Virus record (IMG/VR): IMGVR_UViG_3300025597_000009
Span: 1-64,000 of that record
Length of the DNA: 64,000 bases
Strand: one strand, 5' to 3'
Origin: a virus
Lineage: Duplodnaviria > Caudoviricetes
Shown: positions 37,001-45,840 of the stretch, one piece after another
Numbering within the stretch: position 1 is the stretch's first letter
Layout: each line of letters starts with the position of its first letter
Made by a program: the position numbers and the translations under genes
Notes under the pieces: generated by a model
What the model saw: the letters and a program-made list of their open reading frames with translations, nothing else
What the model was told of the DNA's origin: nothing
The model's database searches: none

Positions 37001-37971
37001 AGCAGAGCTGTAATCAGTGGAGCTAGTTTTCCTTGTGGTTTGTCCCTAACATAAGCTTCCAGAAATTCTGCATTCGTGCTATCCATTGGTTCTCCACATT
37101 TGGCAAAGATGGCTTTCATCTGTGTGGAGGAACTCATGTTAAAATGGGCCATAATCAGCTCAATTCTCTCTTCTACTGTCTCACAGCTGTCAAAGAGTTT
37201 TGCCAGTTTTTTGGTGATGTTTTTAGGTCTATGAATGAAATCCTGATTCAAAGCAGGTACATTCTCAACTAATTGGCGAACCTCTATGGTAATCTGCTGT
37301 TCATACTCAGTAAGTTTCCCTCTAAAGATGGATGTGTTTTTATTCCATTTTTCTACATCCAGAGAAATCCCATTCAGCTCCATCTGGGCTAGTACTGGTA
37401 AGAATTTATTTTCCAGACTAGAACAAGCTTGCAACTTCCATTGTCTAAGCTTTTGCTGCTGTCGGACAAACAGAGGGTATAGATGAATCAAGTCATCATA
37501 GAGATAATCTAGTTGTTCATTGGTAATTACATCTCCTGGTTTCCAGTTGATAAAAGACAATCGAATATCCTTATTCATTTTGATATTGAAATGCCTTTCC
37601 AGACAAGCATCCAAACTATGCTTCAAGTCAGAACCATTATATAAAATCTGAGAGTTAACCATGGTACAATACACATTAGGTAACTCTACTTGATAATGGT
37701 ACTTTAGAATCTTCCAGTCAAACTTGGCATTATGAGCTATCCATAACTTGTCTACTAGCAGTGTAATAGCAGCTTCAATTTCTTTTAGTGTCCAATCATC
37801 TAGCTTGATGATAAAATACCCTGTAGAGCCTCCTAAACCCAATAGAATTGGATGTAAGGTAAACACATCCAATCCATTGGTTTCAAAGTCAAATTCAATG
37901 TAGGGAGAATCTCTAAGGGGCTGTAGCTGTGCTAAGTTGGTTACTAATGTATACTTGTCCAGTTTTGTCAT
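34013..37971 (-). CDS. polA: Family A DNA polymerase with 3'-5' exonuclease, spliced from 3 exons (37971-36579, 35444-35191, 34255-34013; 629 aa)
   Basis: ExoI DFET, ExoII HNAKFD, ExoIII YLYDD, TGRLSSNNPNMQN, motif A DLSNQELR. Splicing restores motif B KPVLFGFLFGGG and NFP|IQASAA; motif C VHDEL. Confidence 0.92.
34256..35190 (-). mobile_element. Group I intron 2 of polA
   Basis: TTTCCT|TAATGGATAGGGAAA (P1). Core GAATTGCTGGAAA, AATCAGCAGCTAAGC, GTTCACAGACTA, GATATAGTCGAAAC. Ends ...AAAATG|ATC CAA. Confidence 0.9.
34302..34922 (-). CDS. Intron-encoded His-Me (HNH-like) homing endonuclease with Zn finger
   Basis: CTRC/CRDC, CPLLNIPL, SPSIDRV..GYTPDNCRIISMKANTMKN. Confidence 0.8.
   Translation of the reverse strand: MRINSDVMKKEKTSKVCTRCKQELPISAFPIMTKYNVLKSGKKSYCSYPTGKCRDCFNAYHNEHNTGRRDAINKQRRERVHKDTEFKERLSKLRKESYKRRIMTTLVRNAKKRAAEKGLDFSLTLESLKIPKYCPLLNIPLLDEANLPINSPSIDRVRLDFGYTPDNCRIISMKANTMKNNATPGELLDFSQNIIKYLRCDIVETE
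35445..36578 (-). mobile_element. Group I intron 1 of polA
   Basis: Exon end TTTGGGT pairs with the guide GCCCAAA located near the end of the ORF. Core GAACTGCTGGGAAA, AATCAGCAGCCAAGC, GTTCAACGACTA, GATATAGTCTGAAC. Ends ...CATAATTG|TTCTC. Confidence 0.9.
35624..36535 (-). CDS. Intron-encoded LAGLIDADG homing endonuclease
   Basis: YWLGIIVTDG and FVRGLMDGDG motifs; N-terminal HTH. Confidence 0.9.
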   Translation of the reverse strand: MNKMLDQIKEKLEKGASIKSIAEELNISYHQVQKVSKSLNFNFYNYKELKILEYAYCHTPNQICTMFGYGRPFVIKTYKKHNIPLEGSGGKNRVLQDISCFTKLNHSAMYWLGIIVTDGNLGSTKKTISIVQKDKELLEQFQKFLGVNISIYKVNECYEVLFGHKDLHKFITSLGIPAKKSIIVNPEFEFTWDFVRGLMDGDGHFSAKHRSGFVSCSKKLFDKLCNFLELHLGSIIKWSETSYTNTVTYRLEMNQKQTKQLINYLYKDAAYYLKRKFDLACEIAQKKPDELLGKLEIDNQQPS

Positions 37972-38308
37972 CTACTACCACATTTTCCAACTCCTCCAAC
38001 AACACTCCCGGTTTTCCAAGATAACAATGGTCTTTATGCACGACAATGACTTCCAATGCCATTTCCAGTTCATCCAAGGCTTCCATATCTTCCTCATCTA
38101 ATGCTTTATGCAATAAGGTTAGATTCTGGTCGACTTGTTCTAATTGGGAACGAGTGGCTACTACAATTACATAATCTTGGTATAAATTGTGAAAAATCAT
38201 TTGATCATACCCAGACATACCAATAATGTCCACATAATCCCCTCTTTTGACTGCTTCTTCAATGTTTGCAAAGCCAGTAAGGGGAACTTCAATTGTATAC
38301 GCTTTCAT
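37913..38308 (-). CDS. Hypothetical protein
   Basis: Co-oriented ORF upstream of polA. Confidence 0.55.
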   Translation of the reverse strand: MKAYTIEVPLTGFANIEEAVKRGDYVDIIGMSGYDQMIFHNLYQDYVIVVATRSQLEQVDQNLTLLHKALDEEDMEALDELEMALEVIVVHKDHCYLGKPGVLLEELENVVVDDKTGQVYISNQLSTATAP

Positions 38309-38504
38309 GTAAATATTCAGGGGTTAAGTCTTCTTCAAATACTTCCTTAGAAATGTACTCAACTACTTCTTCTTCAGGTATAAATGTTCGTTGACCCTTG
38401 ACTCTGAAAGACTCTTTGTGGATGGTAAGTACCTGAAACAAATTACCATCCACTGTTTTAATAAAATCTCCAGGTCTAAGATCACCTTTAAACATCTGTA
38501 GCAA
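38289..38504 (-). CDS. Small KOW/SH3-like protein
   Basis: LRPGDFIKTVDG. Confidence 0.5.
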   Translation of the reverse strand: MLQMFKGDLRPGDFIKTVDGNLFQVLTIHKESFRVKGQRTFIPEEEVVEYISKEVFEEDLTPEYLHESVYN

Positions 38505-38919
38505 ATTCAGTTTTTAGCTTATCGTACTTTTGAGCCATTTCACTCATAATCTGAGTATCCTCTCTATTCAGCATTCTCAGACTCATGAAGATGGGATAGC
38601 CATTGATACTTCTTGGGCCAGCTTCACTGAGGTATTCATAAACCAAGCCTACAGTATTAATGTCTTTATCATTAAAGCACCCAAACATAACAGGCATAAA
38701 AATCGAGGCAAATAGCCTACTATCAGTCTGATCAATACTACGATCTGTAAAGATTTTGCCATCTACCAGATCCATAGCAATCTGCTTTAGTTCTTCATGT
38801 GTTTTAGAAGACACTGGTTTTTTTTCAACTGGTGTAGTATCTTCAGCTGAGTTTTGATTATTTTCTTCTTGATTGTCAATTAGTTGTTTATCCATGATAC
38901 TATCTGTAGCCCTAGCCAA
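38488..38919 (-). CDS. Hypothetical phage protein
   Basis: YEYLSEAGPRSINGYPIFMS conserved-looking motif. Confidence 0.6.
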   Translation of the reverse strand: MARATDSIMDKQLIDNQEENNQNSAEDTTPVEKKPVSSKTHEELKQIAMDLVDGKIFTDRSIDQTDSRLFASIFMPVMFGCFNDKDINTVGLVYEYLSEAGPRSINGYPIFMSLRMLNREDTQIMSEMAQKYDKLKTEFATDV

Positions 38920-38981
38920 AGGACAAGGGAGTAGCCTAATAGTGCTACCACTACTTTTAAAAAGTCAGGAATTTTCTTCAA

Positions 38982-39425
38982 TTAAACTGTGATTTTAGAA
39001 AGCTTATGGGTGTAAGTTTCCTTCTGCTTGATTCGGGTATCTGGATACTTCTTGTCTAGTATAGTCAGGTAAACAGCTTCTGTAGTAATTCTATATTTAG
39101 TAATCCAGAAGGTTTGTAACCGGGAATAATCAGCTACTCCTGTCTTTATTGATTTGTATCCAGCATAACCTCTGTAAGGTTTTACAGTCACTTTATAGTC
39201 TGCCAGCCCATTAGGTGTGTACTTCATACCAAAGCAATTATTATGCTTTGTGCAAAGCTCTGATTTACCATTGGCCGATTCATCTACAAATTGACGTTTA
39301 ACCCATACTTTGTACTTTAATGTAGGATGAGTGTCAATAAGACTAAACACTTCCTGTCTCTTGGTAGGCTCTCTTGCTTCTACCCCAATAAAGTAGAGCA
39401 ATAGAAATGCTGATAGCAATTTCAT
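38982..39425 (-). CDS. GH73 glucosaminidase-like peptidoglycan hydrolase with signal peptide
   Basis: ESANGKSELCTKHNNCFGMK, YAGYKS; N-terminal MKLLSAFLLLYFIGVEA. Confidence 0.7.
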   Translation of the reverse strand: MKLLSAFLLLYFIGVEAREPTKRQEVFSLIDTHPTLKYKVWVKRQFVDESANGKSELCTKHNNCFGMKYTPNGLADYKVTVKPYRGYAGYKSIKTGVADYSRLQTFWITKYRITTEAVYLTILDKKYPDTRIKQKETYTHKLSKITV

Positions 39426-39506
39426 AGTACTAGAAGGATTGGTGAGGTATCAAAAGTAATAGAGGGACTAACAATTGTCGTTCAGAATAACCTAGTTTGA
39501 TTATTG

Positions 39507-39851
39507 CTACGTAACTGTTGCAGTTGGAGTACTCATCAGAAGCTCTCCACATACAATGTGATGATGGGTAAGGGCTTCATTGTAAGTGGTGTATCTCCAT
39601 TGCTGATTAGTATACTCTTCTAACTCTGAGTTAAATACCATAGTCTCAAATACAATGGGATCACCTTCCCCATCAAAAGTAGAAAATCGATGGTCTAATC
39701 CTAGGAATACAGTAGAGACTTCTCCTAATTTTCCTAGATCAGTTTTCTTTACTACTCTTTGATCAGGATTTTGCCACATCCATGTAGACCACTCTTCTAG
39801 TGTACAAGGCACTACCCTATTATCCTCATCCAATTTATAGTATAGACGCAT
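39507..39851 (-). CDS. Hypothetical phage protein
   Basis: VSTVFLGLDH...FETMVF...RYTTYNEALTHH family motif. Confidence 0.65.
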   Translation of the reverse strand: MRLYYKLDEDNRVVPCTLEEWSTWMWQNPDQRVVKKTDLGKLGEVSTVFLGLDHRFSTFDGEGDPIVFETMVFNSELEEYTNQQWRYTTYNEALTHHHIVCGELLMSTPTATVT

Positions 39852-39857
39852 ATTTCT

Positions 39858-40133
39858 TTAAGCAGGTAGTAACTTTCTACCAATAGTAAAGGCACAGATG
39901 GGAGTTTCAGGGTCTTTAGTATCTCCATCAAACTCCACTAAATATAAATCAGTACCTCTTTCAGGTTCTTGTATACTGCCAAGTACTGTGCCTTTAGTAC
40001 CATCTTTATGTCTATCTTCAGGTCCAGAATTTGCCTTTTCAACTCTATTTCCAACTTTGAAGAGGCATTTAGGATCACCTTTTAGTATTTGCTGAAGTAG
40101 TGGATTATCCTCATTCATTTGTATTTTTTGCAT
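39858..40133 (-). CDS. Small SH3-like protein
   Basis: FKVGNRV...GTKGTV...YLVEFD. Confidence 0.55.
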   Translation of the reverse strand: MQKIQMNEDNPLLQQILKGDPKCLFKVGNRVEKANSGPEDRHKDGTKGTVLGSIQEPERGTDLYLVEFDGDTKDPETPICAFTIGRKLLPA

Positions 40134-40428
40134 TGTAGTCGTTGTATTTTCTAAATGGAACTAATGGTTTATTATCAGGAAGGGGTATAAACTGCACTGC
40201 TATCCCTAATTCCTTATACAATTGCAGCTTATCAACTTGATCCCCATACTTGTCATAATACCCTCTACACATTACTTCGAGAGCAGTATTTTGTATAGTA
40301 GCTTTATGACAAACAAAATATCCTTTTTTCTTTAAGCAGCCTTCAATAATATCTTGGGCTCGCTCAGGACTAACTATCCTATCCTCAGAAAACAGACAAT
40401 TCTTACAACGTTTATTGTATACAAACAT
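40111..40428 (-). CDS. Small Cys-rich metal-binding protein
   Basis: CKNCLF, FVCHK, CRG. Confidence 0.6.
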   Translation of the reverse strand: MFVYNKRCKNCLFSEDRIVSPERAQDIIEGCLKKKGYFVCHKATIQNTALEVMCRGYYDKYGDQVDKLQLYKELGIAVQFIPLPDNKPLVPFRKYNDYNAKNTNE

Positions 40429-40602
40429 CTTACATCATGTGGCTACGTTCACGATACAAGATAGTCACAACATGGTTAGCATTATTATAAGCTGTGTGTA
40501 TTTGTTCAATCTGAATTTGAGGGTTTTTGTCTAACCACTCATTTATAGCTCGTTCTGAAGTATAAGCAGAGCTAAGAAATACCTTAATTTTCTGAGGTTC
40601 AT

Positions 40603-41319
40603 TCATTTCTTCTTTTCCTTTCTAAATGAAGATTTAACATCAAATCCATGGCTAACAATCTTCTCCTTATCAGTCAATTGTCTTGGCTGAGGATCTTTGT
40701 CAGTGAGTTGCATACTGATAAACTGCTCCAATTCCTGGTAAGCAGTGAAGGGGTCTTTTACAGTAATGAAATCAACACTAGATTTATCCAGTTGAGGATT
40801 TACTATTAGTAAAGGATCATTTGAAATAGTTGGCCAGCTTACTTTATTAGCTAAAGTTGGATAGGTATATCCCCTGGCAATAGCAAAAACTGGAACTTTG
40901 TACTGTAAGAACAGGTTAACTTGCTCTATTTTAGGTAGAAACTCCTTAAACAGATGGTCTGTTTTCCAACGGAAATACCCAATTTCATCTTCATAAACCT
41001 TTTTGACTTCTTCCAGGTCATAGGTAGTTACTCTATGTATTTCTTTATCACAAACCAAAGTCCTAGTCCAGTCACATATGTCCAATCCTACATGCAGTTG
41101 ACCAGCAAAGCCAATAATGAAAGGAGCAATGTACATGTTCTCTGATCTACCTCTGAATTGTCTGTATCCAGATGCTCCATGTGTAAACTTGTTTAGAAGT
41201 GGTAGTTGTTGTGCAGTAATGATGGATGTGTTTCTGTAATACTTTACTGTATCATCTGGTTTACCCAGTGTATACTGTATTGTATCATAGTAGTCTCTGA
41301 AATCAGAATAAATTTTCAT
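40603..41319 (-). CDS. Conserved hypothetical phage protein
   Basis: MKIYSDFRDYYD...DPFTAYQEL...HGFDVKSSFRK. Confidence 0.7.
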   Translation of the reverse strand: MKIYSDFRDYYDTIQYTLGKPDDTVKYYRNTSIITAQQLPLLNKFTHGASGYRQFRGRSENMYIAPFIIGFAGQLHVGLDICDWTRTLVCDKEIHRVTTYDLEEVKKVYEDEIGYFRWKTDHLFKEFLPKIEQVNLFLQYKVPVFAIARGYTYPTLANKVSWPTISNDPLLIVNPQLDKSSVDFITVKDPFTAYQELEQFISMQLTDKDPQPRQLTDKEKIVSHGFDVKSSFRKEKKK

Positions 41320-41785
41320 AATTATTAGTAGACAGAATTTTGATAATCCTATTACTATAAATATTCCAATCGAGATTGCTTAGCTTACTCATCCTATTAC
41401 CGGCAAAATTGACAATAGCTGGTTTATGCTCTTGGATATAAGCAATGGCTTCTTCTACTGAAGGATTCTCTAAACAAGGCTTTTGACATTGCTTACACAA
41501 CGTAATAGTTTGTTTACTGCCAGGAGAGTTTAAATTACCAAACACAATAGTTAGATCACTATGTTGGATATTTAGCTTAGTTCTAATTGGATAAGATGAA
41601 GACTCACACTCTACTAAACCATATGTAGTTCTAAGTAGAAAGTTAGGCCCACGCTCTGTCTTAAAATCTTTAGGAGCATACCCACCTGTAGTATACCCAA
41701 GTTGATGAGCTATATTTAAAGCAGCTTCATCAATACCTGTCTGACCTCCAGAGATCACCTTCTGAACAATATCACTAACTTTCAT
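41303..41785 (-). CDS. SLOG superfamily (putative molybdenum carrier/YpsA-like) protein
   Basis: KVISGGQTGIDEAAL, GGYAPK, YPIRTKLNIQHSDLT, NFAGNR. Confidence 0.82.
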   Translation of the reverse strand: MKVSDIVQKVISGGQTGIDEAALNIAHQLGYTTGGYAPKDFKTERGPNFLLRTTYGLVECESSSYPIRTKLNIQHSDLTIVFGNLNSPGSKQTITLCKQCQKPCLENPSVEEAIAYIQEHKPAIVNFAGNRMSKLSNLDWNIYSNRIIKILSTNNYENLF

Positions 41786-41860
41786 TGCTTGTTAAGTTTA
41801 GAAATACAAAACAAAAAGCCAGCACCTCACTTGATGCTAGCAATAATCAAACTTGGTTAT

Positions 41861-41868
41861 TATCTTTG
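41861..41868 (+). promoter_or_regulatory. Bacteroidota-type -7 promoter element upstream of attP/integrase
   Basis: TATCTTTG. Confidence 0.35.
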
Positions 41869-41931
41869 TTGAGTTATTGGTGAGCGACTTTAAGAACTCA
41901 TATATAGGGCTATGATTGTCAGTGAGTTAGG

Positions 41932-41959
41932 CCGGGGGTTCGAATCCCTCTCTCTCTGC
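41932..41959 (+). mobile_element. attP core: 3' fragment of a tRNA-Ser-like gene
   Basis: CCGGGGGTTCGAATCCCTCTCTCTCTGC is a T-arm plus 3' acceptor strand with no 5' half; ~160 nt upstream of the integrase. Confidence 0.75.
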
Positions 41960-41971
41960 TGAAGTAACGAT

Positions 41972-42006
41972 AAAACCCTGTAAACTAACCACTTACAGGG
42001 TTTTTT
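41972..42006 (+). terminator. Terminator following the attP tRNA fragment
   Basis: AAAACCCTGTAA-actaaccac-TTACAGGGTTTT followed by a T-run. Confidence 0.7.
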
Positions 42007-42046
42007 GTTTTTCAAGAGTGCCAAAAACTGAGAATGTTAGTGAACT

Positions 42047-42078
42047 ATCTGTGAGTTAAAAATAAAATCTGTGAGTTA
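42047..42078 (+). repeat. Direct repeats, candidate integrase arm-type sites
   Basis: ATCTGTGAGTTA at 42047 and 42067; GTGAGTTA also at 41922, on the other side of the core. Confidence 0.6.
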
Positions 42079-42115
42079 CTCACCAGTGGCATAACTTTTT
42101 AACACTCAGTTTCCT

Positions 42116-43321
42116 ATGGTTCCTTTTTCTTACAGTTTCCTGGTGAGGAAATCTCCCAAAGCAGCAGCTGGATTTGCCACTCTGTATTTACGCATCCAAG
42201 TACAGACACAAAAGATTGAAGTTTCCCTTAAGAGGGATGTGTTACAGCACAGATGGGATATTAAAACCCAACGGCTAAAAGGTAATTCTCCAGATAATAA
42301 AGAAATTAATAGTTATCTGGACCAAGTAGGTACTACCCTTCATCAGCACTACAAAGAACTAGTGCTAAAAAACAAAGAAATTAGTGCAACTAGCCTTAAA
42401 AAAGCTTTTCTGGGTGAGACTGACAATGAAAAAATGCTGGTCAGTCTGTTCAAAGACCACAATGAGCAAATCCACAAACGGATTGGAGTAGATTACAAAT
42501 GGGGTACTTATGAAAGGTATCGGTCTTGTCAGATTCATGTAGAACACTTTCTTAAACTAAAAAAGAAAGTCACAGATATAGCCCTCAAAGACCTGAATCT
42601 TCAATTTGTTACAGACTTTGAGTTATACCTGAAAATTGACAAGAAAAATCAGCACAATACTGCTCATAAGTACTTAATGGTGCTGAAAAAAGTAATTAGG
42701 CTTGCTCTTCTTAATGGTTGGACCAATGTTGATCCTTTTGCCCATTTTAAAATTACTACCAGAGAGGTTAACAGAGATTTCTTAACCAAGACTGAACTAG
42801 CTACTTTAGAACAGAAAGAAATGCCTAATATCAGGCTAAATCAAGTGAAAGATTGCTTTATCTTCAGTTGTTACACTGGGTTAGCATATGCTGATTTGAA
42901 GAAGCTCACCTTGAGTCATATTAAAACTGATGATGAGGGTAGGCAGTGGATCATTATTGCCAGAACCAAAACAGAAAGCCAATCAAAAATCCCCCTTTTG
43001 CCTAAAGTTAAAGAGCTGATTAACAAATATGTGCTGGGAAGTAGAAAGGGTTCTGAATATTTATTACCTGTATTGACCAACCAGAAAATGAACAGCTATT
43101 TAAAGGAAATAGCTGACATTTGCAACATCCATAAAAAACTAACTACACACGTAGCTAGGCATACTTTTGCTACTACTGTCACCTTAACCAATAATGTTCC
43201 CTTGGAAACTGTGAGTAAACTGTTGGGCCACCGGAGTATTCTAATGACCCAACATTATGCTAAGGTGGTAGATGATAAGGTAGCAAAAGATATGGATGAT
43301 TTACTAACTAAGCTACAGTAA
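42116..43321 (+). CDS. int: Tyrosine integrase, Bacteroidota type (arm-binding, SAM-like and catalytic domains)
   Basis: LYLRI...W arm domain, FSCYTGLAYAD, RTKT, NQKMNSYLKEIA, HVARHTFAT, LLGH, TQHYAK. Confidence 0.93.
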   Translation: MVPFSYSFLVRKSPKAAAGFATLYLRIQVQTQKIEVSLKRDVLQHRWDIKTQRLKGNSPDNKEINSYLDQVGTTLHQHYKELVLKNKEISATSLKKAFLGETDNEKMLVSLFKDHNEQIHKRIGVDYKWGTYERYRSCQIHVEHFLKLKKKVTDIALKDLNLQFVTDFELYLKIDKKNQHNTAHKYLMVLKKVIRLALLNGWTNVDPFAHFKITTREVNRDFLTKTELATLEQKEMPNIRLNQVKDCFIFSCYTGLAYADLKKLTLSHIKTDDEGRQWIIIARTKTESQSKIPLLPKVKELINKYVLGSRKGSEYLLPVLTNQKMNSYLKEIADICNIHKKLTTHVARHTFATTVTLTNNVPLETVSKLLGHRSILMTQHYAKVVDDKVAKDMDDLLTKLQ

Positions 43322-43733
43322 CAGAATCAAAGACTGGAACCTCAAACTGAAATGTACCTGATTCAACTAAAGCCTGGGCTGTGTCTTTTGTAACATACAT
43401 ATAGACACCAGGAACAGAAACATGGTATACTGTAATTTTAGGTTCCAGCTTTTCTAATTGCTCTGTAACCATACTGGCAATAATCTTCAATGTTTTTGCC
43501 TTATTTTGGGTATTAAGAAGCAATTGCTCTGCATGTTTGACTTTCTCCTCCTGAGCCTCCTGAAAATCTACTACCTGATCTAATATAGCATGAGCATTAT
43601 TTGGCCCCTCCTCCCAAGTTAAAGCATCCATATCAATGGTTACTTCATTGATGATGTATACTCTTGGATTTACTGTCTCAATGTGAATTGGTTTTGCCAT
43701 AATATATTGGTAGAAATAAAAAGGGCTAGTCAA
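43308..43733 (-). CDS. Hypothetical protein (likely start MAKPIH)
   Basis: Convergent with the integrase; 14-nt overlap. Confidence 0.55.
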   Translation of the reverse strand: MTSPFYFYQYIMAKPIHIETVNPRVYIINEVTIDMDALTWEEGPNNAHAILDQVVDFQEAQEEKVKHAEQLLLNTQNKAKTLKIIASMVTEQLEKLEPKITVYHVSVPGVYMYVTKDTAQALVESGTFQFEVPVFDSVTVA

Positions 43734-43779
43734 GTAATTAGCTCAACTAGCCCTAAGGTTAAACAATAGATTCTGATTA

Positions 43780-44466
43780 TTATACCCAAGCGTCTGCTAC
43801 TGGAATTTCAGTAAGCACTTCTTTATTGTAGGTCCGGTACAATTCATTCAGGAAGGCTGTATAGTCAGCTGTTTTCCGGTTTTTGAAACCATCATGAATG
43901 GTCTTAGTTCCATCAAAACCTTCAACCCACTGGTCTTTAAGAGGAGTGGGTTTAGCTTGAGATTTTGGCAAATCAGCTACACTAGTAGCCTTTACTAAAT
44001 CAACAAACCGAAATTTTAATTTTCGGCCAGTATACAACATAATTCTGTTGTTACTTGGACTACTAATAGGTTCAACAATTACATCACCTGTCTGACTGTT
44101 AATACCTCTTCCTGGCCGCAATTGTTCTTCATATACTTCAATGAGGTCATAGATAAACTCTTCACCCGCATCATTGTAATGACCTAAGGTATTGATGTCC
44201 AGGCCAACTTCTAATTTAATTGCTTCTACAGATTGTTTGGTCATATTTAACCAAACCAATAAACTTTTTGACTCTCTAGTATTGATTCTAGGATCACCCT
44301 GTCGAATAAAAGCCAAATTGTCAAAGTGCATGCCCTGAGGATTGGCTACTTCTTTTCTGAAACCTACACTGACTTCATTGGGATTGTTAGAATTTTCCCG
44401 AATGTCTGAAATAACTACTACTGGTTTTTTGGCTGTTGCTACTGGGGTTGTGTTTTGAGATTCCAT
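43780..44466 (-). CDS. Hypothetical protein
   Basis: 228 aa ORF flanked by intergenic hairpins. Confidence 0.65.
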   Translation of the reverse strand: MESQNTTPVATAKKPVVVISDIRENSNNPNEVSVGFRKEVANPQGMHFDNLAFIRQGDPRINTRESKSLLVWLNMTKQSVEAIKLEVGLDINTLGHYNDAGEEFIYDLIEVYEEQLRPGRGINSQTGDVIVEPISSPSNNRIMLYTGRKLKFRFVDLVKATSVADLPKSQAKPTPLKDQWVEGFDGTKTIHDGFKNRKTADYTAFLNELYRTYNKEVLTEIPVADAWV

Positions 44467-44602
44467 GATTTTTGGAAATGTTTTTGTGATTGTTTTTTAA
44501 TTGTTTTCAAATGCTTAGTTGTCATATAGCTTTAATATATTATAGAAACACTATATGACAAGGAACCCATGCAGTATGGGACAGTAGAGCTATCGCTAGA
44601 AA

Positions 44603-44731
44603 TTATTTGTGTTTAGGACACTTGGTTTGACTGCCCTTAGGAGAATAAGCATCAGCATATCTGGCAGTAACACAGGTTGGTGTACAAGCAGTACTAAGTA
44701 GTAGCACTGACAGGAACAGGAGCATTTTCAT
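44603..44731 (-). CDS. Small lipoprotein (42 aa from MKMLL)
   Basis: MKMLLFLSVLLLSTAC lipobox-like signal; the longer listed 5' extension overlaps a terminator hairpin. Confidence 0.45.
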   Translation of the reverse strand: MKMLLFLSVLLLSTACTPTCVTARYADAYSPKGSQTKCPKHK

Positions 44732-44815
44732 AAAAAAAAATAACCCTGCCAGTAAGTACCAGCAGGGTTGATTGACTTTACTTATAACTTTTAAACAGGC
44801 CAACTTCAGGCTTTG

Positions 44816-44923
44816 CCCAGGGAAAAGGAATCGAACCTCTATACAAACTGATTCAGTTAATGAAAGCCTATTATTGGCTTTTATAAAACCTCAGTTTTGC
44901 TCTACCAGTTGAGCTATCCCCGG
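44816..44923 (-). ncRNA. tRNA-like RNA with expanded anticodon arm
   Basis: Acceptor CCGGGGA/TCCCTGG, D-arm TAGCTCAACTGGTAGAGC, T-arm AGAGG-TTCGATT-CCTTT. 43 nt sit where the 7-nt anticodon loop should be. Confidence 0.75.
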
Positions 44924-44940
44924 AACTTATTCTATCTAAT

Positions 44941-45123
44941 TTAATCTACTACAACTTCTTTGTGCTTGGTCTTACGTGTGTACCTAGGCTTTTTACAAAG
45001 AAAACAGCTACAAGGTCTAGTCTGGTGTTTATAACAGTAATAATTACCATCTCTTAGGTTTAACCTCCTCAGTCTTTGGATGTGTTTTCTCTTGGTTATT
45101 TCTGTTCTTAAGCCTTTGTCCAT
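44941..45123 (-). CDS. Small basic Cys-containing protein
   Basis: PCSCFLC motif. Confidence 0.55.
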   Translation of the reverse strand: MDKGLRTEITKRKHIQRLRRLNLRDGNYYCYKHQTRPCSCFLCKKPRYTRKTKHKEVVVD

Positions 45124-45277
45124 ATTACTAATTTAGCTAAAAAGGAAAAGAAAACCCACCCTTAAAAAGAATGGGCTTATCTGATATATCCACACCATTT
45201 AAATAGAGTAACAGCCATAACTATTACCTCTACAATTTTACTATTTAAGGTATAATATATCAAATAAAGATTAAGAT

Positions 45278-45556
45278 TCATTTTACAAAAGCATGTTTTT
45301 TTACTAATTGAATCGCTTCTTCAAAAGAATAATGCCTACCTCCTAAGTTTAATTTCCTATTAATAGAAGTTTGATTAATAAAAAACCACCAATAAACAGG
45401 TTTATCTGGATAGTTAAGCAACTCAACCCAATTGAGCCTAATGCAAGGAAGTTGAAGTTTAGTTTTTACCTGAGTTTGATTTAACTCCATTGTTACAGAG
45501 TTAAACCATGTAAATCCTAATGCATACAATTCATCAATAAATTCTTCTTTAGTCAT
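45278..45556 (-). CDS. Small 'LGF' paralog family protein
   Basis: MTKEEFIDELYALGF...PCIRL...VYWW...VKKHAF. Confidence 0.65.
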   Translation of the reverse strand: MTKEEFIDELYALGFTWFNSVTMELNQTQVKTKLQLPCIRLNWVELLNYPDKPVYWWFFINQTSINRKLNLGGRHYSFEEAIQLVKKHAFVK

Positions 45557-45840
45557 AGCCGTCTTTTAATAAAAGCGTACTTTTTGACTAGATTCAGTAC
45601 CTCCTCATACTTAAGATAATCCCGAAAACTTATGCTATTACCAGCAAAAAAATCATTAGAATATCCCCACCAATATACATGACTATCATATACATGAAGC
45701 CTAATACAGGGCTGTCTACAGGCACACTTCATATTATTTTCGAGTAATAGTAATGCTGAATTACCAGAGTTATCAGTAAGAAACCCCTCATTATTAAAAC
45801 CTAACTCCTTTAATTGAGTTATCAATTCCTGTTTAGTCAT
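45553..45840 (-). CDS. Small 'LGF' paralog family protein
   Basis: MTKQELITQLKELGF...PCIRL...VYWW...VKKYAF. Confidence 0.65.
   Translation of the reverse strand: MTKQELITQLKELGFNNEGFLTDNSGNSALLLLENNMKCACRQPCIRLHVYDSHVYWWGYSNDFFAGNSISFRDYLKYEEVLNLVKKYAFIKRRL

Noticed and set aside
41880-41960. Complete tRNA-Ser gene
   Set aside because: Only the T-arm and 3' acceptor strand are present, with no D-arm or 5' strand; interpreted as the attP core.
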